Source of the DNA: Candidatus Iainarchaeum sp.
GTDB lineage: Archaea; Iainarchaeota; Iainarchaeia; Iainarchaeales; CSSED10-239
Direction: 5' to 3'
Assembly: GCA_028693335.1 (NCBI GenBank)
Contig: JAQUVR010000001.1
Coordinates: 1 to 26,409 of the forward strand
DNA length: 26,409 bases
Under the pieces are notes generated by a model. The model had not been told where the DNA came from and ran no database searches. It worked only from the letters and a program-made list of their open reading frames with translations. Of the stretch, positions 1 to 6,681 are shown piece after piece. The stretch's first letter is position 1. Each line of letters opens with the position of its first letter. The position numbers and the translations under genes were made by a program.

Positions 1-2275
1 GTTCATAATTAGTTCTATTACTTAAAATTGTGTTTATTTGAGCAATTGTTAAAGATGGATTTGTATTTGTATTATTTGGATCTGAATTATAAGGAATACT
101 ACTTGCTGTTCTTCTTTGAGTAAAATATGTTTTTGTTTTACCAATATCTTCTCCTCTTAAAATTGCTATTGATGCTGTATTTGATGTATAACAACCATTT
201 GCTGCTTTTTCTAAAGTTATATCACCTGCACCGCCACCTTCAGATATTGAATGATTTACAACAACAGTATATACTTTTTGATCACCTGTTTCTGGAGTTA
301 CTGTATAATTTACTGGATCTGTAAAATTTTGTGCAACACCAGATTCTGGATTAACTGTTGCACCCTCTGAAATAGTAATTGTTGGTATTAAATTAGTTAC
401 ATCTGTTCCTTCTGGCAAAGTTACTTTTATTGCATTTTGTGGATTATTTATCACACCATTTACTTCATTAATTATAAAACTTGTAATTAAATTCCCAGTT
501 TGTGCTGTTTCATCGACATCAGCAACAACTGGAACTTCTTCTTTTAATACTCTTAATGTTTTTTGTGGATAAGTAAATGTTTGTGTTTCTTCTGTTGGTG
601 TTTCTATACTTGGTAAATTACAACTTGGACAGAAAAATCTTGCTATTTTTTTATTTATTTCATATCTTAAATAACTTAAATATAATTCTCTATTCATAAA
701 TTTTATTTGTGCACTTGTTACTAAAATATTAGTATCATCAATTTTTTGTAATGCTAAGAAATATTTTTCTTCCATTCTTGCTGCTCTTAACATAACATTA
801 TTTTCTGTAATTTGGTTACAGTTAACATTTGAAAGTGCATTAGAATCTTCTATATAATTATTTTCTTGAGTAAATTTATCAAAGAAAGTATTTATGTCTA
901 CTTGTGTATTTTGCCCTATTGATGTTATTAAATAACAAGTATTTTTATCACTATTAAAATCTTGTGGCAACACAAAATTTAGATCTAAATTATTTAATAC
1001 AACTGCAGGTCTATTGTAATTTAGATAGAAGATTGTCTTTTCTGGATTATAACTTAATTCAATTGGATCTTCTTTTGCTTCTATAACTTTATCTAATTGT
1101 TTTATGTGATAATTAATATTTATGGTATCATATAATTCTGCTTCTCTTTGTTCTTCTTCTGCTCTTCTTATTTGTTCTATTTCTTGACACAATTGCTCAT
1201 GTAATTCTGATATTGCTACTTCTCCTCTTGGCTCTCCTGCTCCAAGTCCAAAGTCACCAGTATATGGATTACATCTTGTTACTCTAATAGTATTACCAAA
1301 AACAGAAGATTCTTCACATTTGTATAAATAATCTCCTGGTTCTGCTGTTTTTGTTCTGCCATCACCAACAGGAACGCCATCTGCTAAACCTACTGGATAA
1401 CTTGGGTGTTCAACATATCCCAAATCTTTACATGCTTGTAAATGTGATTTAGTATTTGTTCCATTTGCCGTGCTATCGCCACCATTACCACCAGTGCCAC
1501 CTGCACCTGTTGAACCAGCACCACCAGTATCACCAGCGCCACCTGCACCTGTTGAACCAGCACCACTATCTTGGCTATCTGGATTTGTTTCCGGTGTTGT
1601 AGGTGTCTGAGCAGGTGTATTTAATTCTATATTAAATAGAGCTGCTGCATTTAATTTTTTGTAATTAGATTGGGTTGTGTTCGTAGTAAAATATGTTACA
1701 GCTCCATTACCAAGTTCAACATTGTGAGCACCATCTGTTGAAGCAGGATTTGTTGATTTAGCATACCAAATATCATTATATGATGAAGAATCAACATGTA
1801 CAAATGGCATAAATACAAAAACATCTATCATTTCTGACTTACATATATTACCTGTTAAATTAAATCTAACACCAGATGTTGTTTGATTACAATATTTATA
1901 AAAATAAATCCAATTATCATTTTCATATGTAGATCTATTACCTTGCTCCCACTTATTATTATTAACAAAAGATTTAAGTTTTGGGAATAAAACACTAATA
2001 GTATAATTACTATGTGCGATCATATAATGAGGACACAAATAATAAGTTCTTGGTGCATGAAAAATCCTGCCAATTAATTCTTCTTTTGGAGTAATAAGGG
2101 GGGTATTTTTTAATCGAATAGTAACAGAACAAGTATTTTCTCCAGTTATTTGTGTTGTTACTGATTCTATTCCATCTATTCCTCTTACATCCCCAACTTT
2201 TGCTGCAAATACATTTGATCCTAAAACAAGCACCATCATAAACATTGATATTAATAAAATAATTTTTTTATTCAT
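1..2275 (-). CDS. Secreted modular surface protein, 3' end beyond window (signal peptide, unknown N-domain, Gly-rich linker, conserved 4-Cys module, conserved middle module, Ig-like YTVT module)
   Basis: Missing from the ORF track only because its stop lies left of position 1. I translated the minus strand by hand from ATG 2275-2273 to position 2 and met no stop; an in-frame TAA sits just upstream (2281-2279). N-terminus MNKKIILLISMFMMVLVLGSNVFA looks like a signal peptide. The core ...GYVEHPSYPVGLADGVPVGDGRTKTAEPGDYLYKCEESSVFGNTIRVTRCNPYTGDFGLGAGEP... and ...NLDLNFVL...YLRYEINKKIARFF are shared with the neighbouring gene. The tail has ...FTDPVNYTVTPETGDQKVYTVVV. Confidence 0.8.
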   Translation of the reverse strand, partial: MNKKIILLISMFMMVLVLGSNVFAAKVGDVRGIDGIESVTTQITGENTCSVTIRLKNTPLITPKEELIGRIFHAPRTYYLCPHYMIAHSNYTISVLFPKLKSFVNNNKWEQGNRSTYENDNWIYFYKYCNQTTSGVRFNLTGNICKSEMIDVFVFMPFVHVDSSSYNDIWYAKSTNPASTDGAHNVELGNGAVTYFTTNTTQSNYKKLNAAALFNIELNTPAQTPTTPETNPDSQDSGAGSTGAGGAGDTGGAGSTGAGGTGGNGGDSTANGTNTKSHLQACKDLGYVEHPSYPVGLADGVPVGDGRTKTAEPGDYLYKCEESSVFGNTIRVTRCNPYTGDFGLGAGEPRGEVAISELHEQLCQEIEQIRRAEEEQREAELYDTININYHIKQLDKVIEAKEDPIELSYNPEKTIFYLNYNRPAVVLNNLDLNFVLPQDFNSDKNTCYLITSIGQNTQVDINTFFDKFTQENNYIEDSNALSNVNCNQITENNVMLRAARMEEKYFLALQKIDDTNILVTSAQIKFMNRELYLSYLRYEINKKIARFFCPSCNLPSIETPTEETQTFTYPQKTLRVLKEEVPVVADVDETAQTGNLITSFIINEVNGVINNPQNAIKVTLPEGTDVTNLIPTITISEGATVNPESGVAQNFTDPVNYTVTPETGDQKVYTVVVNHSISEGGGAGDITLEKAANGCYTSNTASIAILRGEDIGKTKTYFTQRRTASSIPYNSDPNNTNTNPSLTIAQINTILSNRTNYE
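1489..1566 (-). repeat. Two copies of a 36-nt GC-rich unit at 42-nt period, encoding a Gly/Ala/Ser/Thr linker
   Basis: caccagTgccacctgcacctgttgaaccagcaccac (1489-1524) and caccagCgccacctgcacctgttgaaccagcaccac (1531-1566) differ at one base. On the sense strand they encode GAGSTGAGG twice, 14 aa apart. Confidence 0.85.
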
Positions 2276-2375
2276 CTTTTAATCTTTCCGTAAATTTTTT
2301 ATCTTTTGATTAATATAATTGATATATTAACTAATTATAGTTATTACTTTTACAATTATATATATTATATAATAC

Positions 2376-2400
2376 CTTAAACATTTATAAATCTATCCAA
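2376..2400 (-). promoter_or_regulatory. Conserved TATA-like upstream element of gene 1..2275
   Basis: cttaaacatttataaa + tctatccaa is nearly identical to 4260-4284 upstream of the paralog. It contains TTTATAAA about 109 nt upstream of the ATG. Confidence 0.3.
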
Positions 2401-2460
2401 GAGATTTTACTCTAATTAAATTGTTTTTTTTATTATAATAAAAATTTAGAAAAAAAGATC

Positions 2461-3819
2461 TTAACAATAGTTTGTTGTCTGACAACAATTTTGTCGTCTA
2501 TTGCTTGCAGTTATATAATTGCCATTACAATTAATTTCAGAAGTATCTACATTAGTTATTCTTACATACTGAAATGGAAATCTACGTGTTCCCCTATTAT
2601 TTATTTTTATTCCAGTTTCTATACAATCATATTTTACTCTTGTCCCTGGTCTTGGTGCATGTATATATTTATGACAACCTAGTTCTGTTTTAGAATATAT
2701 TCCAACATGACCAAAAACACCGTGACTAGTATTAAAGAATAATATATCTCCTGGTTGTAATTGATCTAAATCTGTTCTATTATTTATAATTCCTGATATT
2801 CCTGTTATGTGCCCTTTATTATTTTCTACAAAATCAAGAACTGCACAACCATTTTCAAACATTTCTTTACAGCCTGTTGATCCATCAATATATCCAAGAT
2901 CTCTTAATACAACATAAGGTAAACCAATACAATCAAGTCCACTTTTTAAACGATAATTTGTTGGACCAAAAGTATAACCATTTCTACCACCAAAAACATA
3001 TCTTGTGCCTAAATAATTTGTTGTTCTTTCTATTATTTGTATTGCAATATTATTATTTACAATTAAAGTGGTGTTATTTAATCTATTAATAACATCTCTT
3101 TGATCTTCAATATCTACATCATTATCTTGGGATACAGGTCTATTTTCTTGTAGATCTGAAACTGCAATTACTTCTGGATCTATTTCTGATTCTGGATTTT
3201 CTACTATGTGGTTTTCAAAGTCTGTTAAACTAATATCTTGAAAACTAAATCTATTAATTCCATTAATATTAATTATTTCTGGAAATACTGTGCTAGATGT
3301 AGAAAAAAAGTTTGCAATTTTTTTATTTATCTCATATCTTAAATAGTTTAGATCTCTTGGTATTAGTTTTATTTGAGCAGTTGTAATTAAAAGATTTCTG
3401 GAATCTATTTTTTGTGCAACTAAAATAAATTTATCTTCTGTTTTTGAGTTTCTTAGCATAATGGTGTTATCTATTATTTTATTACAATTAACATTTAAAA
3501 TTTGATTAGAATTTTCTAAGTAATTTTCTTCTTCTAAAAATTTAGTTAGAAAAAGATCTATTTCTTCTTGTGTATTTTCTCCAAGTTCAGTAATAAGATA
3601 ACATGTGTCTTTTTGAGAACTAAATTCGGCGTCTAAAACAAAATTTAGATCTAAATTATTTTCTGTGCTTGATGATGGATCATAAACTAAATAAAAAATA
3701 TTTTTATCATTATTACTATTTAATTCATTTATCGGATCTTTAAGATCTATTATTTTAAGGAATGGTTTTTTATAAAAACTGATATTTGTTAAATCAATAT
3801 CAACAATTCCTTTCTTGTT
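2461..3819 (-). CDS. C-terminal part of frameshift-split secreted protein: conserved middle module + NlpC/P60 peptidase + Cys-rich tail
   Basis: The frame is open from 3819 to the stop at 2461-2463. The only start codon is ATG 3459 (track ORF 2461..3459). The 120 codons upstream have no ATG/GTG/TTG yet align with gene 1..2275 (NLDLNFVL, TCYLIT, NVNCN). The alignment continues after the ATG (QKID, AQIK, YLRYEINKKIANFF). NlpC/P60 motifs: YLGTRYVFGG, GLDCIGL (Cys), GHVGIY (His), YIHAP. Confidence 0.7.
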   Translation of the reverse strand, partial: NKKGIVDIDLTNISFYKKPFLKIIDLKDPINELNSNNDKNIFYLVYDPSSSTENNLDLNFVLDAEFSSQKDTCYLITELGENTQEEIDLFLTKFLEEENYLENSNQILNVNCNKIIDNTIMLRNSKTEDKFILVAQKIDSRNLLITTAQIKLIPRDLNYLRYEINKKIANFFSTSSTVFPEIININGINRFSFQDISLTDFENHIVENPESEIDPEVIAVSDLQENRPVSQDNDVDIEDQRDVINRLNNTTLIVNNNIAIQIIERTTNYLGTRYVFGGRNGYTFGPTNYRLKSGLDCIGLPYVVLRDLGYIDGSTGCKEMFENGCAVLDFVENNKGHITGISGIINNRTDLDQLQPGDILFFNTSHGVFGHVGIYSKTELGCHKYIHAPRPGTRVKYDCIETGIKINNRGTRRFPFQYVRITNVDTSEINCNGNYITASNRRQNCCQTTNYC

Positions 3820-4180
3820 CTAAATCTTCACATAATTGTTGATGTAATCTAGAAATTGCAATATCTCCTAATGGTTGACCAGCACCAACCCCATATTCTC
3901 CAGTATATGGATTACATCTTGTTATTCTTATATAATTACCAAATACAGAACTGATATGACATTTATATAAATAATCTCCTGGTGCCGCAATTTTTGTTCT
4001 GCCTCCACCAATCGGGATGCCATCTTTTAAGCCGATGGGGTATGTCTCATGTTCTCTATATCCATTATTTTTACAAAAATTTATATATTCTTTGAAATAT
4101 TCTTCTGATTCACTAGCGTCTATTAAATAAGTGATATTTATTAAAAATATTAAAAATAATATTAATATAATTTTCTTCAT
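3800..4180 (-). CDS. N-terminal part of frameshift-split secreted protein: signal peptide + conserved 4-Cys module
   Basis: The track ORF 3800..4228 starts at a TTG. The internal ATG at 4180 gives MKKIILILFLIFLINITYLIDA, a signal peptide. The body ...GYREHETYPIGLKDGIPIGGGRTKIAAPGDYLYKCHISSVFGNYIRITRCNPYTGEYGVGAGQP...LHQQLC matches gene 1..2275. It stops (TGA 3802-3800) where the paralog reads on. Confidence 0.7.
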   Translation of the reverse strand: MKKIILILFLIFLINITYLIDASESEEYFKEYINFCKNNGYREHETYPIGLKDGIPIGGGRTKIAAPGDYLYKCHISSVFGNYIRITRCNPYTGEYGVGAGQPLGDIAISRLHQQLCEDLEQERNC

Positions 4181-4259
4181 AAAATTATCTACTTTTTTTA
4201 AATATCTTTTAAACACAAATATCATCAACTTAACAATAGTTATTATAATTATTTTTGGT

Positions 4260-4284
4260 CTTAAACATTTATAAACATATCCAA
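4260..4284 (-). promoter_or_regulatory. Conserved TATA-like upstream element of gene 3800..4180
   Basis: cttaaacatttataaa + catatccaa; the 16-nt block is identical to 2376-2391. It lies in the divergent intergenic region shared with the CorA gene. Confidence 0.3.
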
Positions 4285-4336
4285 CAAAATATATTTATAT
4301 TTTAGACTTTTTCTAAATCTTAAAAGTGATCTTACC

Positions 4337-5299
4337 ATGATAGAAATATTAAAACCAACAGAAAATGGATTACAGATCCTAGATAGACCAACAAAAAATG
4401 CATGGATTAATGTTGTTAATCCAGATAGTCGCGAGATCCAATATCTATCAGAAATTTTAAAGATTAAAGAAATTGATTATCAAGAGTTTAAAGAAGATAT
4501 TAATTCTCTTCAAGATATGGAAGAAATTCCTTTTATGGAAAAATATAAACAAGAATATTTTATAATTACAAGAACACCACATAAATTAACAGCAACAGAT
4601 CCAGAAAGTAAATATCTTTCTGCTGTTGAGTATTTGACTTTGCCTCTTGGTATTATGATTAATAAGGATTACATAGTTACTATTTGTTTTAGAAATAATG
4701 AAATTATTGATCAATTAAAAGTAAAAAAGTTTAAGTTTACAAAAAGTTTATTATTATTAAAATTATTGTTAATTTCTTCTAAAACTTATCTAAAATATTT
4801 AAAAGAAATTGATAGAAAAATAAAAGTTATTGAAGAAAGATTTGAAGTTGTTCAAAAAAGTAAAGATATTTATGATTTGTTAGATCTTAAAAAATCATTA
4901 ATTTATTTTAACACATCTCTAAAAACAGATCAAATATTAATTGAAAAAGTTGCAAGAAATAAAGATTTTGTTGTTACTGAAGATGATAAGGATCTTATTA
5001 ATGATGTTATTGATGAAAATAAACAAGCTATTGTTACTACTGCAATATACAAAAACATTATTACAGACACTACAGATTTATTTAATTCTCTGACCAGTAA
5101 CAACTTAAATAAAATCATGAAACTTTTAACATCTATTACAATAGTAATAGCAATTCCAACAATGGTTGCTGGAATTTATGGAATGAATGTTCCATTACCT
5201 TTTGATCATCACCCTCAAGCATTTATTGTAGTTATGGCAATTATAATGCTATTTTCTTTTTTAGGTGTATTTGTTCTTTGGAAAAATAAAATGTTTTAA
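4337..5299 (+). CDS. corA: CorA-family Mg2+/Co2+ transporter
   Basis: 320 aa with a soluble N-terminal domain and two C-terminal TM helices. The signature YGMNVPLPF (GMN motif) sits at the end of TM1. Confidence 0.9.
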   Translation: MIEILKPTENGLQILDRPTKNAWINVVNPDSREIQYLSEILKIKEIDYQEFKEDINSLQDMEEIPFMEKYKQEYFIITRTPHKLTATDPESKYLSAVEYLTLPLGIMINKDYIVTICFRNNEIIDQLKVKKFKFTKSLLLLKLLLISSKTYLKYLKEIDRKIKVIEERFEVVQKSKDIYDLLDLKKSLIYFNTSLKTDQILIEKVARNKDFVVTEDDKDLINDVIDENKQAIVTTAIYKNIITDTTDLFNSLTSNNLNKIMKLLTSITIVIAIPTMVAGIYGMNVPLPFDHHPQAFIVVMAIIMLFSFLGVFVLWKNKMF

Positions 5300-5311
5300 A
5301 AATAAAAAAAG

Positions 5312-5333
5312 ATTCCTGCTTTTTTGCAGGAAT
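5312..5333. terminator. Hairpin between convergent genes, flanked by A-run and T-run (possible bidirectional terminator)
   Basis: attcctgc (5312-5319) / tttttt loop / gcaggaat (5326-5333) forms a perfect 8-bp stem. It is preceded by aaaataaaaaaa and followed by attatttttt. Confidence 0.45.
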
Positions 5334-5346
5334 ATTATTTTTTAAT

Positions 5347-5799
5347 TTACTGGAATAGTTTTACCATTTCTTTTTGAAATTGGAATAAATAGATTAAGAA
5401 AAATATCATTATTCCATAAAAAACTCCAATAATAAACATTGCAAGTCCAATAAAAAATGATGTAAACATTGCAAATATTGAAATTAATATTAGTATTGAA
5501 ACAAAAAATCCAGCAATATACAATGGAATCAGTAACATTATTTTTCCGAATTTTTTATAATTTGCAACACCGTATGCAACAATAAAAGCATATATTGCAT
5601 ATATGAAAAACATAATTGCAAATGCAATGGAAACACCACTTAAATTAACAATTTCTGGCATTAATTCTGACATTGATGTTAACATTTTTGGTAACAGTAA
5701 TAAGAATATCCCATATAAAGTAAAAATTATTCCTGCTCCTAAATTAAATAATGCCACAAATTTTGCTATAAATTGATTTAATGATAGATCTTTAAACAT
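5347..5799 (-). CDS. Small polytopic membrane protein, unknown function
   Basis: 150-aa ORF that is almost entirely hydrophobic, with 4-5 predicted TM segments. No motif recognised. Confidence 0.6.
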   Translation of the reverse strand: MFKDLSLNQFIAKFVALFNLGAGIIFTLYGIFLLLLPKMLTSMSELMPEIVNLSGVSIAFAIMFFIYAIYAFIVAYGVANYKKFGKIMLLIPLYIAGFFVSILILISIFAMFTSFFIGLAMFIIGVFYGIMIFFLIYLFQFQKEMVKLFQ

Positions 5800-5844
5800 A
5801 ATTTTTCTAAACCTCCAAGTTTTATTTATATATATTACATATAA

Positions 5845-6618
5845 CTATATAAATCTTTTTCCACCAATAAAAAAAATTGTTTTTTTTTCTAGAACATTAA
5901 GAGATTCTATTTTTTTAAATTTTAATGAATTATTTATTGGTTTTATATTGTTCTTACTAAACCATTTTTTTATTTCTTTTAATGTGTGATATGATTCATA
6001 TGGAACAGCATATCTATCATAAAGAGTAGAAATTGGTGCTTTTTTGAATTTTTTTGTAAATTTTGAAGTTAATAAAAAATTAATAATTTTTTCTGGATCT
6101 TTACTTATTAATGTTCTTAAAAAAAATCTTTGAATTCTATATCTTAGTCTAGAGTATTTATGATAAAGACCAATTACTATAATTCCATCATTTTTTAATA
6201 AAGAGGATATTTTTTTAAATCCTAAATAAGGGTTTTCTGTGTGGTGTAATACACCTAGACAAAAGATCAGATCAAATTTTTTTAGATCTAACAAATTATC
6301 TTTAATAATATCTTTTTTTTCAATTGTTATATTTGACAATTTTTCTTTCTTAACTTTTTTTTCTAATTCAGATAATTGACCTAAAGAAAAATCAACACTT
6401 ACAACTTCTTTTGCACCATTTTTTGCAAAAAATATTGATTTTTCTCCAGTTCCACAACCAATATCAAGTATTCTTTTTCCCATTAAATCTTTTTCTGTTA
6501 TATTTGCAGATCTTAGAATTTTTGTAATTATTTTTTGATTTGTTCTTTTTTGATTTGAAGTGTATTGATTTGCTTTTGGATATTGATGTAAATCGTAAAA
6601 TTCTTTTATTTTTTGCAT
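5845..6618 (-). CDS. Class I SAM-dependent methyltransferase
   Basis: Motif I ILDIGCGTGEKS, acidic residue after beta2 (VVSVDFS), and post-II FDLIFCLGVLHHTENP. Confidence 0.85.
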   Translation of the reverse strand: MQKIKEFYDLHQYPKANQYTSNQKRTNQKIITKILRSANITEKDLMGKRILDIGCGTGEKSIFFAKNGAKEVVSVDFSLGQLSELEKKVKKEKLSNITIEKKDIIKDNLLDLKKFDLIFCLGVLHHTENPYLGFKKISSLLKNDGIIVIGLYHKYSRLRYRIQRFFLRTLISKDPEKIINFLLTSKFTKKFKKAPISTLYDRYAVPYESYHTLKEIKKWFSKNNIKPINNSLKFKKIESLNVLEKKTIFFIGGKRFI

Positions 6619-6681
6619 ATTATTTTCGTTTTTATTTCTTTTGTATCATATATATTTTATAATGTTATAAAAAGATCATAT

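Noticed and set aside
127-324. Short ORFs in the track (127..324, 2491..2682, 2877..3089, 4930..5118, 8892..9077, 12218..12445, 16912..17094, 18601..18801, 18925..19281, 19795..20004, 20017..20199, 26064..26270)
   Set aside because: All lie inside longer ORFs that have clear family motifs, either antisense or out of frame. Their Leu/Phe/Ile/Tyr-rich low-complexity translations are what an AT-rich gene gives in the wrong frame or strand.
1-2275. Possible alternative genetic code or non-coding region, because the ORF track shows almost nothing in the first 2.3 kb
   Set aside because: Hand translation of the minus strand under the standard code is open across the whole span and homologous to the neighbouring gene. 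The ORF is missing from the track only because its stop lies outside the window.
2460-2472. 13-mer cttaacaatagtt occurs at 2460-2472 (stop region of the NlpC/P60 gene) and at 4229-4241 (upstream of the same gene)
   Set aside because: It could be a relic of a further tandem copy (both read ...NYC-TAA on the minus strand). The flanking sequence shows no further similarity, so I cannot separate it from chance in AT-rich DNA.
3800-3822. Programmed +1 ribosomal frameshift joining the two halves of the NlpC/P60 gene
   Set aside because: The overlap (gaacaagaaaggaattgttga) has no recognisable slippery or hungry-codon context that allows tRNA re-pairing. GAA-AGG-A would need a mismatch at the first position. 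A mutation or consensus error is the simpler reading.
6613-6681. N-terminal extensions of track ORFs 6613..7887 and 8419..10167
   Set aside because: The extensions are hydrophobic low-complexity sequence overlapping the divergent or antisense neighbour. One begins at TTG. Internal ATGs (6682; 8680 or 8692) give N-termini typical of the families.
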